A stretch of DNA of 64,000 nucleotides from an uncultured Flavobacteriaceae bacterium (GTDB taxonomy: Bacteria > Bacteroidota > Bacteroidia > Flavobacteriales > Flavobacteriaceae). The stretch is from assembly GCA_963709465.1 (NCBI GenBank), contig CAVPWF010000001.1, positions 129,956 to 193,955 of the forward strand, in the 5' to 3' direction. Under the pieces are notes generated by a model that was not told the DNA's origin, did not search any database, and saw only the letters and a program-made list of their open reading frames with translations. A program made the position numbers and the translations under genes. Positions 8,952 to 18,546 of the stretch are shown here, in pieces (positions within the stretch are counted from its first letter, which is position 1; every line of letters begins with the position of its first letter).

Positions 8952-10469
8952 TCAGGACTTCGAGTCAATATTGGCAACAGCGTATCGCATACGGGAAACG
9001 GTTTCCTCCCGGCCGATTAATTCCATGATCTCGAAAAGTTGCGGGCCTTTCAGGGCACCCACAATCGAAAGTCTCAGGGGTGGCATAACCTGACCAAACC
9101 CGAGGGCGTTGTCGGCGATCCAGGTTTTGACACTATTTTCTGAGTTCTCAGCCGTAAACGGCTCAACTTCCTGAAGAACATCTGCCAGGGCGGATATGCG
9201 CTCCGGCGTCTCGGATTTCCATTGTTTTCGAACCGCCTTTTCGTCAAAGATCCTTGGGGCATGAAAAAAGTATGATCCCAGGTCCCAGAATTCATGAACA
9301 AAAGAAGCGCGCTCCCGAATAAGTGAAACAACGGATTCTAGATGCCTGTCCGAAAATTCTTTTTCAGCAACCCCCTGTTCCGAAAGAACCGGCCGAAAAA
9401 GGCGGACGAGTTCTCTCAGCGGTTTGAGTTGCAAATACTGGTGATTGAACCAGACATTCTTATCCGGATCGAAGCGGGCTCCGGATTTTTGAACCCTCCC
9501 CAGGTCAAATACGCCAACCAGGTCTTCTAACGAAAACAATTCCTGTTCGGTGCCCGGGTTCCAGCCCAGTAGGGCGAGAAAGTTGATGACGGCTTCGGGG
9601 AAGTAACCCGCTTCCCGGTATCCGGAGCTGTCGTTCCATTGAAGTGGAAAGATTGGAAATCCGAGCTTTTCACCATCGCGTTTGCTGAGTTTACCCTTAC
9701 CTACAGGTTTTAAAATCAGGGGCAGATGGGCAAATTCCGGAGCGTCCCAACCGAAAGCCTTGTAAAGCTGACAATGAAGCGCCAGGGAAGGCAGCCATTC
9801 TTCACCGCGAATTACATGGGTGATTTCCATCAGATGATCATCCACAATATTCGCCAGGTGGTAGGTTGGCATTCCGTCACTCTTATAGAGTACCTTGTCG
9901 TCCAGGGTATTGCCGTGAATCTGAATCCGGCCCCGGATCAGGTCATTAAATTGCACTACAGTGTCCAGAGGCCACATAAACCGGATTACATAGGGAGCTC
10001 CGGAAGTGATCAGATCTGTAACTTCCTCAGGAGATAATGACAAGGAGTTATTTAATTGGGTCCGATTTTCCCAGTTGTAGATAAAGGTTTCTCCGTTTTT
10101 CTCATGAGATACCCGCATCTGCGTCAGCTCCTCTTCAGAATCAAAGGCGTAATAAGCCCATCCTGTATCGATAAGCCTGTTTATGTGTTCTTTGTACATG
10201 GCTTGTCGTTCGCTTTGGCGGTACGGCCCGAAATCTCCATGATTTTGGGGGCTTTCATCCGGAGTTATGCCCAGCCAGTCTAACGCTTCTGCGATATATT
10301 GTTCGGCTCCGGGCACAAAACGGCTTTGGTCTGTGTCTTCTATCCTGAGGACAAAGTCTCCGCCGTGTTTTCTGGCAAATAAGTAGTTGAAAAGAGCCGT
10401 GCGGACGCCTCCAATGTGGAGTGGCCCCGTGGGACTGGGGGCAAATCTAACGCGTACCTTGTTTTTCAT
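8952..10469 (-). CDS. gltX: glutamate--tRNA ligase
   Basis: Start trimmed to MKNKVRVRFAPSPTGPLHIGG (ATG on the minus strand at 10467-10469). Has the HIGH motif and KLSKR. Confidence 0.9.
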   Translation of the reverse strand: MKNKVRVRFAPSPTGPLHIGGVRTALFNYLFARKHGGDFVLRIEDTDQSRFVPGAEQYIAEALDWLGITPDESPQNHGDFGPYRQSERQAMYKEHINRLIDTGWAYYAFDSEEELTQMRVSHEKNGETFIYNWENRTQLNNSLSLSPEEVTDLITSGAPYVIRFMWPLDTVVQFNDLIRGRIQIHGNTLDDKVLYKSDGMPTYHLANIVDDHLMEITHVIRGEEWLPSLALHCQLYKAFGWDAPEFAHLPLILKPVGKGKLSKRDGEKLGFPIFPLQWNDSSGYREAGYFPEAVINFLALLGWNPGTEQELFSLEDLVGVFDLGRVQKSGARFDPDKNVWFNHQYLQLKPLRELVRLFRPVLSEQGVAEKEFSDRHLESVVSLIRERASFVHEFWDLGSYFFHAPRIFDEKAVRKQWKSETPERISALADVLQEVEPFTAENSENSVKTWIADNALGFGQVMPPLRLSIVGALKGPQLFEIMELIGREETVSRMRYAVANIDSKS

Positions 10470-10523
10470 AGCGGTGGAATAAGGCACAAAGATAGACACC
10501 CGACTTCAATTGGCAACGGGAAC

Positions 10524-11567
10524 TTAGGCAGGTTTCATTTCCTCTGGAATGCGCGGATTCATAATGCGAAACCAAAGGGGCGGAATCAGGGAAAGAACCA
10601 TGGATGTCGGATAGCCGAAAGGCATGTCCGGGGAACTGTCGTGATAGTCGAGTATTTGATACTTTTTTGAAGACTTATAATGATGATCACTGTGCCGGGT
10701 CAGTTCGTATAAAATGATGCGACCCATAAGGTGATTGCTGTTCCATGAGTGCACTTCGCGAACGCGTTCATAACGACCCGAAGGCATTTTAAGACGCAAG
10801 AGTCCGTAGTGTTCAATATAGTTAACCGTTTCGAGCAACAAAAACCCAATAATCCCGCAAAGCCATAGAAAAACGGTCGTAAATCCGCCGAAAAGAAAAT
10901 ATAGGACGACCAAATAGGCAATTTGGAAGAGGGAATACCAGAACATGTCATTTTCTATGGAAAGAAAAGAATGTCCACTCTTTTCTAAAAGCTGCTTTTG
11001 AATGCGCCATGCACTGGTATACTGCCTCGTTACCGAGGTGAACCAAAAGGAATATACCGTTTGGTTATATCGGGCAGTCGCCGGATCTTCAGGGGTTGCG
11101 GCGTTCAGATGGTGGCCGTAGTTGTGTTCGATATAAAAGTGCATGTAAAAACTCGGAATCAGCAGGAGTTTGCCGAGAAAACGTTCAGGGGAAGACTGTC
11201 TGTGACCCAGTTCGTGTGCTACATTAATGCCGTTCGTGCCGAGAACAATACCCAATGAAAAAGCAATCCCCCAATACTCAAAGGTTTCTAAGCCGCCGCT
11301 TGAGATTTTTGTGCCAACGACCCAGATAAGAGAAAAGACGATCGGAATGTTGGCATAGAGCATCAGATCGTAGATGGGGTTGATACGGGTGGATGCCCTG
11401 GATTCCCCCGAGAGGTTTTGGGCGTCCTGGGCCAGGGTGATTTCTAAAAGAGGGATGATTAAAAAGCTGTAAATTGGAGTGGTAAGACTCCAGTAGCCTC
11501 CCAGGCCAATTCCGATATAGGCGGAGAGCGGAATGGTAAACGCAGCAAGGTATTTCAGCGATTTCAT
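10524..11567 (-). CDS. alkB: alkane 1-monooxygenase / membrane fatty-acid-desaturase family (AlkB-like)
   Basis: 347 aa, multi-TM. Carries the AlkB-type histidine boxes HELGHR, EHNYGHH, NYIEHYGL and LTRHSDHH. Confidence 0.8.
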   Translation of the reverse strand: MKSLKYLAAFTIPLSAYIGIGLGGYWSLTTPIYSFLIIPLLEITLAQDAQNLSGESRASTRINPIYDLMLYANIPIVFSLIWVVGTKISSGGLETFEYWGIAFSLGIVLGTNGINVAHELGHRQSSPERFLGKLLLIPSFYMHFYIEHNYGHHLNAATPEDPATARYNQTVYSFWFTSVTRQYTSAWRIQKQLLEKSGHSFLSIENDMFWYSLFQIAYLVVLYFLFGGFTTVFLWLCGIIGFLLLETVNYIEHYGLLRLKMPSGRYERVREVHSWNSNHLMGRIILYELTRHSDHHYKSSKKYQILDYHDSSPDMPFGYPTSMVLSLIPPLWFRIMNPRIPEEMKPA

Positions 11568-11637
11568 ATTAGCTTTAACATGTTTTTGGGCCCGGAATCC
11601 AAGGCGGCGTGCTATCTTGGTATTAAAGATATAAAAA

Positions 11638-14600
11638 TTGGAGAGTTACGACTTCATCCTGGAGAAACTGGAAGCCTTTACCTCGCGGTATTACAAGAGG
11701 CAACTTTTAAAGGGAGTTTTTTTATTTCTGTTCATTGGCGGGCTGCTTTTATTAGCCATAGGGGCCCTGGAGTACTATTTATGGCTGAACTCCCAATCCC
11801 GAAGTGTCTTATTGTGGGCCGGGGTTTTACTGGAAGGGTTTTTATTTCTTCGTTACATCCTCGCGCCGCTTTCACAACTCTTCAGATTGCGGAGAGGCTT
11901 GAGTTATAAAGAGGGATCACAACTTATTGGGACACATTTTCCCGAGGTAAGCGACAAATTGTTTAACCTGCTCGAACTCTCTGAGAATCCTGAACGCTCG
12001 GAGCTTCTTTTGGCCAGCATAGAACAGCGGTCCAGAGAACTGGCCCGGGTCCCGTTTCACCGGGCCGTTAAAATGAATGAGGCATACCGGTTTTCTAAAT
12101 ACGCTGTTATTCCTCTGGTTGTAGGGGTAATGATCTGGCTTACAGGGAACGGGATTGAATTTTTGAATTCATACCAAAGGGTAGTTAACTATGAAATGGC
12201 GTATCAGGCTCCGGCGCCTTTCCGTTTTGAACTCCTGACGCCTTCCCTCAAAGGGAGGGAAGACCAGGTTTTTATATTAAAAGTGCGGACTCCGGGAATC
12301 GTACAGCCTGACCAGGTACGCCTGGTTCTGGAGGGGAGCACAATAATCATGGAACGCACGGGAGATTTTTTCGAGTACTCTTTCCGCCCGCCCTTAAAGT
12401 CTGCTGACTTTTATTTTGAAGCCTCTGAGGTCACCTCAGGAACCTATCGTCTGGAAGTGCTACCGGTGCCTGTTATTGACCGCTTTGAAATGCGCTTTAC
12501 CTATCCTCAATACCTCGGGTTGGTGGATCAATCTTTGCAGGCCAGTGGAAACGCCACAGTGCCTGAGGGGACGCGCATCGAATGGAGGTTACGGACGATC
12601 CATGCAGATAACGTTGTATATACAGATCCGGATACGGTTCTCGTCAGGCCTGTTATGGATAACGAGGCTGGATTTGTAAAACGAATTTTCAACCCGCTGC
12701 CATATACCGTGAGCGCCTCGAATGATGGGATTCCCGAGTTCGACAAATTGAATTATAGAATTGATGTGCTGAGGGATGAACCTCCTGGAATTAAGGTGGA
12801 GATGGAGCAGGATACGGCGAGTGTCAACATGGCATTTTTCGGAGGAACCGTTTCGGATGATCATGGATTGCAACGATTGAGAATGATCGCATTTCCGACG
12901 AATTCAGAAGAGGACCGTCAGGAAATAGAAATACCCGTTCCAAAAACGACATTTCACACATTTTACTATACGTTCCCCAGCGGGTTGGAAGTTCAGGAAA
13001 GTGGAGCGTACACCGTGTTTTTTGAAATAACCGATAACGATGGGAACAGAGGGGGTAAGACCAGAAGGAGCAGGGAATTCCGCTTAAGACTTTACAATGC
13101 TGAAGAAGTTGATAATCAACAGCTTGTCCGACAAAACGATGTCCTGAAGGGAATGGAGCGTTCTGCTGAACAGCGGAAGGATTTGGAAAAAACGCTGGAG
13201 GAATTACTGCAAGATCAGAAAGAGAGCGGGGAATTGAGTTTTGATGAAAAGGAGAAACTCAAGCGGTTTTTCGAACAACAGGAACAACAGGAACAGCTTA
13301 TGGAAAAATTCAGCAAAGAGCTGTCTGAAGGCCTTGAGAAGAGTGGAGAGCCGGAAAGCGAGTTGCTTAAAGAACGGTTGGAACGGCAGGAGGCTGAGGC
13401 TCGGAAAAACGCAGCCATGATGGAGGAAATGAAAGAAATTCTGGAGAAATTGGATAAGGAAGAGCTGGAGGCGCGTATGGAAGAACTTTCCAAATCACAA
13501 AAGAACAACAGGCGGAGTATGGAACAACTTTTAGAGCTTACTAAAAGGTATTATGTTCAGGAGAAGAGCAGGCAACTCGGCAGGAAATTATCAACATTAG
13601 CTGAAGTTCAGAAAAAGGAATCAGAATCAGGAGAAGCGCGAGAGAAAAGACAAGAGCGACAAGAACAACTTAATGCGGATTTTCAGGATGTAAAACGAGA
13701 ATTACAGGAGCTGGAGGAGCGTAACGAAAACCTAAAAAAGCCCTTGCCCTGGGAGCGGAATCAAAAGACAGAGGAGGCAGTTACTGAGAATCAGGAAGAG
13801 GCCCTGAAGGATTTGAAGAAAGAAGAGGGTCAGGAGGAGTCCGAGGAGGATGCTACTCCGCAAAAGGATGAGAAGGCGAGAAAACAACAAAAGAGAGCCT
13901 CAGAAAAACTCAAAGAACTGAGTGAAGATTTGAATCAGGGGGCTTCTGCAGGCGGAGCAGAGACGATTGCCGAAGACGCGGAGATGCTTCGTCAAATCCT
14001 GGACAACCTTGTGGTTTTTTCCGTAGAGCAGGAAATGCTCTTCAATCGGATTCAGGAAGGGGGAGATGATCCGATCGTACATTCCGGGGACATCCGAAAG
14101 CAACAGCAATTGAGGCAGCTTTTCGAGCATGTTGACGACAGCCTGTTTGCATTGTCTTTAAGGCGTGCAGAGATATCGGAGATCGTAAACACAAAAATTA
14201 CCGATGTGTACTATAACACGGACAAGGCGCTGGAGAGTTTTGCAGAGAATAATTGGTTTCGGGGGGCTTCCTACCAGCAATACGTCTTTAGTGCAGCCAA
14301 TGAGCTGTCCGCCTTTCTGGCCGATATGCTGGACAATATGCAGGACTCTTTGATGCCTGGAAAGGGAAGGGGGCAGGGTTCAGAGGTTCAGTTGCCGGAC
14401 ATCATACAAAGCCAGGAGGAACTGCGAAAACAGATGCAGGAGGGCGGCGAAGAAAAGGGTTCTCAGGGCCAGCCCAGCACTCCGGGTGCGGGACAAGGAT
14501 CAGAGAAGGGAGCCGGGGATACGGGGACTCAAAAGGGCGATGGAAAAGGCAAGGGCGAGGGTGAAGGTGAAGAAAATGGAGGGGATGGTAAAATGGAAGG

Positions 14601-15126
14601 AGGAGACAGAGGATCTGGCCGGGGAAAGGATGGGGAGGAAAATGGCAAGGCGGGAGGCCAGGATGGGTTATCGGAGGCAGAGTATGAAGAGTACTATCAG
14701 ATCTACAAAGAGCAACAAAGAATTCGGCAGGAATTAGAGTTCCAATTGAAAAACATGATTAATGATTCGGACAGGAAACTCGGAGAGCGCATTGCAAGGG
14801 AAATGGAGCAATTTGAGAATGAGCTTTTACGGACTGGAATTACCCAAAAAACGGCGGACCGTTTAAATAGGATTCAACAACAGCTGATGCGGCTGGAAAA
14901 TGCTACCTTAAAACAAGGGTTAGAAGAACAACGCGAAAGCAGCACGCGCAAGAATGAGTTTACAAACCCGGTTTTGACGCCGCCTGAGATCTTCGGCCGG
15001 AAGGAACGTGAAATAGAATTTTTAAACAGAGAAGCCCTACCTTTGCGCCGCCAATATCGCGACAGGGTAAAGAAGTATTTCATTGGGAGAGATAGCGTAC
15101 CATTATCAGACGGAGTTCAGTCTTAA
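11638..15126 (+). CDS. 1162-aa membrane-anchored protein with beta-rich region, extreme E/K/Q coiled coil and G/E/K-rich segment (function unknown)
   Basis: TTG start. Two N-terminal TM helices (VFLFLFIGGLLLLAIGALEYYLW, VLLWAGVLLEGFLFL). Long uninterrupted ORF with a coding-like composition. Its 3' end overlaps the ybeY start by 44 nt. Confidence 0.75.
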   Translation: MESYDFILEKLEAFTSRYYKRQLLKGVFLFLFIGGLLLLAIGALEYYLWLNSQSRSVLLWAGVLLEGFLFLRYILAPLSQLFRLRRGLSYKEGSQLIGTHFPEVSDKLFNLLELSENPERSELLLASIEQRSRELARVPFHRAVKMNEAYRFSKYAVIPLVVGVMIWLTGNGIEFLNSYQRVVNYEMAYQAPAPFRFELLTPSLKGREDQVFILKVRTPGIVQPDQVRLVLEGSTIIMERTGDFFEYSFRPPLKSADFYFEASEVTSGTYRLEVLPVPVIDRFEMRFTYPQYLGLVDQSLQASGNATVPEGTRIEWRLRTIHADNVVYTDPDTVLVRPVMDNEAGFVKRIFNPLPYTVSASNDGIPEFDKLNYRIDVLRDEPPGIKVEMEQDTASVNMAFFGGTVSDDHGLQRLRMIAFPTNSEEDRQEIEIPVPKTTFHTFYYTFPSGLEVQESGAYTVFFEITDNDGNRGGKTRRSREFRLRLYNAEEVDNQQLVRQNDVLKGMERSAEQRKDLEKTLEELLQDQKESGELSFDEKEKLKRFFEQQEQQEQLMEKFSKELSEGLEKSGEPESELLKERLERQEAEARKNAAMMEEMKEILEKLDKEELEARMEELSKSQKNNRRSMEQLLELTKRYYVQEKSRQLGRKLSTLAEVQKKESESGEAREKRQERQEQLNADFQDVKRELQELEERNENLKKPLPWERNQKTEEAVTENQEEALKDLKKEEGQEESEEDATPQKDEKARKQQKRASEKLKELSEDLNQGASAGGAETIAEDAEMLRQILDNLVVFSVEQEMLFNRIQEGGDDPIVHSGDIRKQQQLRQLFEHVDDSLFALSLRRAEISEIVNTKITDVYYNTDKALESFAENNWFRGASYQQYVFSAANELSAFLADMLDNMQDSLMPGKGRGQGSEVQLPDIIQSQEELRKQMQEGGEEKGSQGQPSTPGAGQGSEKGAGDTGTQKGDGKGKGEGEGEENGGDGKMEGGDRGSGRGKDGEENGKAGGQDGLSEAEYEEYYQIYKEQQRIRQELEFQLKNMINDSDRKLGERIAREMEQFENELLRTGITQKTADRLNRIQQQLMRLENATLKQGLEEQRESSTRKNEFTNPVLTPPEIFGRKEREIEFLNREALPLRRQYRDRVKKYFIGRDSVPLSDGVQS

Positions 15127-15520
15127 AGACGAAGCCAAACATACCGATTGGATTATTCGGGTAGTGGAGAAGGCTGACTTAAAGACGGGCATATTGAATT
15201 TTATTTTTGTTTCGGATGAAGAGTTGCTCGAAATGAATCGGACATATCTGGGCCATGACTATTTTACAGATATTATCACTTTTGAATACGAAGAAATGGA
15301 AGGTGTTTCCGGGGACTTATTTATTTCTACGGATCGGGTACTGGAGAACGCAAATGAATTGAAGTGCGATTTTGAAGAAGAGATGCGAAGGGTTATGGCG
15401 CATGGGGTGCTTCACCTGTTAGGATATAAGGATAAGTCGAAGGAAGATGAAATGAAAATGCGCAACCTGGAGGAGAATGCGTTAGAATTGTTCCACGTGA
15501 AACATAATCCAAATGTTTAA
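15083..15520 (+). CDS. ybeY: rRNA maturation endoribonuclease YbeY
   Basis: 145 aa. Has the zinc motif HGVLHLLGYKD and TDIITFEY. TTG start; the exact start is uncertain. Confidence 0.85.
   Translation: MGEIAYHYQTEFSLKDEAKHTDWIIRVVEKADLKTGILNFIFVSDEELLEMNRTYLGHDYFTDIITFEYEEMEGVSGDLFISTDRVLENANELKCDFEEEMRRVMAHGVLHLLGYKDKSKEDEMKMRNLEENALELFHVKHNPNV
15489..15504. other. parS: parS (ParB-binding centromere-like site), 16/16 match to consensus
   Basis: TGTTCCACGTGAAACA read directly from the sequence. It equals the canonical parS consensus TGTTNCACGTGAAACA. It is embedded in the last codons of ybeY (LFHVKHN). Confidence 0.8.
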
Positions 15521-17381
15521 CGAAGTATACGATGTTATTGTGGTTGGAGGGGGTCATGCCGGCTGCGAAGCTGCGGCCGCTGCGGCCAATATGGGGTCCA
15601 GGACATTATTGATCACCATGAATTTGCAGACTATTGGACAGATGTCCTGTAATCCTGCTATGGGTGGAATTGCCAAAGGTCAGATTGTTAGGGAAATCGA
15701 TGCCATGGGCGGTTACAGTGGGATTGTAACCGATATGTCGGCCATACAGTTTAAGATGCTCAATAAGAGTAAAGGACCGGCAATGTGGAGCCCCAGGGCT
15801 CAAAATGACAGAATGCGTTTTGCAGAGGAATGGCGTTTAAGGCTTGAAGGATTACCAAATCTTGATTTCTATCAGGAAATGGCTGTAGGGATTACAACTG
15901 AGGGCGACAGGATTACCGGAGTGCGCACGTCGCTTGGACTTCAAATTTCCGGCAAGGCTGTAGTCCTGACAAACGGGACCTTCTTAAATGGCCTGATTCA
16001 TATTGGAACAAAGCAATTTGGCGGCGGACGGGCTGGTGAAAAGGCTAGTACAGGAATAACGGAGCAATTAGTTTCTTATGGGTTTAGTACGGGAAGGATG
16101 AAGACGGGGACACCGCCAAGAGTGGACGGGAGAAGCCTGAATTATGATATGATGGTACCACAGCCTGGCGATCCGAATCCCGGGAAGTTCTCGTACATGG
16201 ACACCCCTTTGCTGAAAGAGCAGCGGGACTGTCATATGACGTACACAAATACAGAAGTACATGAATTACTCAAGGAAGGATTTGACCGTTCTCCTATGTT
16301 TAATGGCCGAATTCAAAGTATTGGGCCAAGATATTGCCCGAGTATAGAGGATAAAATTGACCGGTTTAAAGAAAAGGATCGCCACCAGATTTTTGTAGAG
16401 CCGGAAGGGTGGAATACAGTAGAGGTCTATGTAAATGGATTTTCGACATCTTTGCCTGAGGATGTTCAATTTAAGGCCTTGAAGTCTGTAGCGGGATTTG
16501 AGAAGGTCAAATTCTTCCGCCCTGGATACGCTATAGAATACGACTATTTCCCGCCTACACAGCTCACGCATACCCTGGAGACAAAATTGATATCGAATCT
16601 GTTTTTTGCAGGACAGATCAATGGCACAACAGGTTATGAAGAGGCGGGAGCCCAAGGGATCATGGCGGGGATTAATGCGCACCTAAAGGTACAGGAAAAG
16701 GAGCCATTTATCTTGCAGAGAGATGAGGCGTACATTGGGGTTTTAATAGATGACCTGATCACAAAAGGGACTGAAGAGCCTTACAGAATGTTTACATCAA
16801 GGGCCGAGTACCGCACCTTGTTAAGGCAGGACAATGCGGATATACGTTTAACAGAGCGCTCCTTTTCCCTGGGTCTTGCACGGGAAGATCGACTTCGGAA
16901 TGTGGAAAAAAAAGTAAGTCAATCCAGCAAGCTCGTTGGGTTTTTTAAAAAGACCAGTTTTGTCCCTGAGGAGGTGAACCCCATTCTGGAGACGCTGGAT
17001 TCGAGGCAAGTTACGCAGGGCGATAAGCTTTTTAAAATATTTTCCAGACCTAAAGTCCGAATGCAGCACATGCAGAAGCTGAATAGCGTTTCTGCATTTA
17101 TCAATGAAAATAAGATGCCTGAAGAGGTGTTAGAGCAGGCTGAGATTCAGGTGAAATATGCCGGATATATCGAGAAAGAAAAACTCAATGCCGACAAGTT
17201 ACAGCGATTGGAAAATATGCGGATTCCAAAAGATTTTGAGTATATGCCACTCTCCTCACTCTCTATGGAAGCAAGACAAAAGCTTTCAGAGGTACGGCCG
17301 GCAACCATTGCTCAGGCCTCTCGTATTAGTGGGGTATCCCCCAGTGACATAAGTGTGTTATTGGTGTTTCTTGGCAGATAG
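15513..17381 (+). CDS. mnmG: tRNA uridine 5-carboxymethylaminomethyl modification enzyme MnmG (GidA)
   Basis: 622 aa. FAD-binding N-terminus YDVIVVGGGHAGCEAA and typical GidA blocks (GPRYCPSIEDK, FFAGQINGTTGYEEA). Confidence 0.95.
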   Translation: MFNEVYDVIVVGGGHAGCEAAAAAANMGSRTLLITMNLQTIGQMSCNPAMGGIAKGQIVREIDAMGGYSGIVTDMSAIQFKMLNKSKGPAMWSPRAQNDRMRFAEEWRLRLEGLPNLDFYQEMAVGITTEGDRITGVRTSLGLQISGKAVVLTNGTFLNGLIHIGTKQFGGGRAGEKASTGITEQLVSYGFSTGRMKTGTPPRVDGRSLNYDMMVPQPGDPNPGKFSYMDTPLLKEQRDCHMTYTNTEVHELLKEGFDRSPMFNGRIQSIGPRYCPSIEDKIDRFKEKDRHQIFVEPEGWNTVEVYVNGFSTSLPEDVQFKALKSVAGFEKVKFFRPGYAIEYDYFPPTQLTHTLETKLISNLFFAGQINGTTGYEEAGAQGIMAGINAHLKVQEKEPFILQRDEAYIGVLIDDLITKGTEEPYRMFTSRAEYRTLLRQDNADIRLTERSFSLGLAREDRLRNVEKKVSQSSKLVGFFKKTSFVPEEVNPILETLDSRQVTQGDKLFKIFSRPKVRMQHMQKLNSVSAFINENKMPEEVLEQAEIQVKYAGYIEKEKLNADKLQRLENMRIPKDFEYMPLSSLSMEARQKLSEVRPATIAQASRISGVSPSDISVLLVFLGR

Positions 17382-17395
17382 TTCCACGTGGAACA
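17380..17395. other. parS: parS-like site (palindromic variant)
   Basis: AGTTCCACGTGGAACA. The central 14 bp GTTCCACGTGGAAC form a perfect palindrome. It matches 15/16 to the palindromic parS variant TGTTCCACGTGGAACA and overlaps the mnmG TAG stop. Confidence 0.7.
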
Positions 17396-17465
17396 TATCA
17401 GCTGAGGCTGTTATATTTTATAACAGAATTAGACAAACCCAAAGAATCAGCATAAGTGAGACAGG

Positions 17466-18302
17466 ATGTCTGAACTGAATACTTTGACGTTAACAGACCA
17501 TTTGGTATCCGGGGATGAGTTTCGTTTAATTTGGAACGAGCATTACCAATGTTTTCAAACCCACCCCGTCCCGGAACACCCGGAAAGGTACTACGAAAGT
17601 AAAGACTACATTTCCCACTCCGATAGTGCAGATACGGCTATGGCCAAATTGTATCAGCGTGCTAAAAAGATCAACCTTAATAATAAGTTGAAACTAGTCA
17701 GGCGCTATTGCGGACAGGAGGGGGTGCTTATGGATATAGGAGCGGGCACCGGGGATTTTGTAAAACATGCTCAAGACCATGGATGGGAAGCGTACGGCGT
17801 AGAGCCTAATGAAACGGCCAGAGAACGAGCACATAAAAAAGGAGTGGCTGTCTATAGTCGTATTACCGTCCAGCGGGAAGCCATTTATGATGCGGTGACC
17901 CTGTGGCATGTGCTGGAACATCTTCCGGATCTCGATGCGGAAATTCGAACGATATCTAAAACGCTGAAGCCTGGGGGCTGGTTGATTTTGGCCGTGCCGA
18001 ATTATAAATCACTCGACGCAAAATATTATAAATCAGACTGGGCGGCTTATGATGTCCCCAGACACCTTTGGCATTTTTCCAGAGGGTCGATACAGACAAT
18101 TTTCAAAAAACAGGGATTTGAACTGCGGGCCGTAAAACCGCTTTGGTTGGATGCGTTTTATATTTCCTGGCTTTCAGAGATCTATAAAAAGAATCCTCTG
18201 GCTGCACTATCTGGCGCATTGATGGGTGCAGCTTCAAATTTCTCCGGGATATTCACCAGGGAGTTTTCATCCCAGGTCTATTGTCTGCAAAAAGAAGGCT
18301 AA
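17466..18302 (+). CDS. class I SAM-dependent methyltransferase
   Basis: 278 aa. SAM-binding motif I (VLMDIGAGTGDF) and a later LKPGGWLILAVPN block. Confidence 0.75.
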   Translation: MSELNTLTLTDHLVSGDEFRLIWNEHYQCFQTHPVPEHPERYYESKDYISHSDSADTAMAKLYQRAKKINLNNKLKLVRRYCGQEGVLMDIGAGTGDFVKHAQDHGWEAYGVEPNETARERAHKKGVAVYSRITVQREAIYDAVTLWHVLEHLPDLDAEIRTISKTLKPGGWLILAVPNYKSLDAKYYKSDWAAYDVPRHLWHFSRGSIQTIFKKQGFELRAVKPLWLDAFYISWLSEIYKKNPLAALSGALMGAASNFSGIFTREFSSQVYCLQKEG

Positions 18303-18514
18303 ATGAATTTTAAAGACCTTGAACGCCTTAATTGAGGCAAGCCGGGCACCAGGATTCAGAGACAGGAGAACGTCGAAATAAACGAGGCCAGGGAGCGGAC
18401 ATTTCAATAGTCAAATTCTATCGGGAAACCCCGAGCCATCAACAGAGGCAATTAATAAAATTTTGCTCAAACAAATAATATTGAAATTCCAGCCTACAAG
18501 CCAAAAACCTTTTC

Positions 18515-18522
18515 TACTTTTG
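18515..18522 (+). promoter_or_regulatory. putative Bacteroidetes -7 promoter box (TACTTTTG) upstream of the ompH-like gene
   Basis: Matches TAnnTTTG and ends 24 nt before the ATG at 18547. I saw no well-spaced -33 TTG. Confidence 0.3.
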
Positions 18523-18546
18523 CGCCCTAAACAAAAACACCCTAAT

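Noticed and set aside
13100-13960. Repetitive GAA/GAG/AAG-rich DNA considered as a tandem repeat or CRISPR-like array
   Set aside because: I found no fixed repeat unit or spacer structure. The region is a continuous open reading frame encoding an E/K-rich coiled coil, so the repetitiveness reflects composition only.
15083-15126. 44-nt overlap between the 1162-aa gene and ybeY as a possible programmed frameshift or fusion
   Set aside because: There is no slippery heptamer or downstream structure, and YbeY-like sequence begins right at the proposed TTG start. An ordinary overlapping start, or a slightly mis-set start codon, is the simpler explanation.
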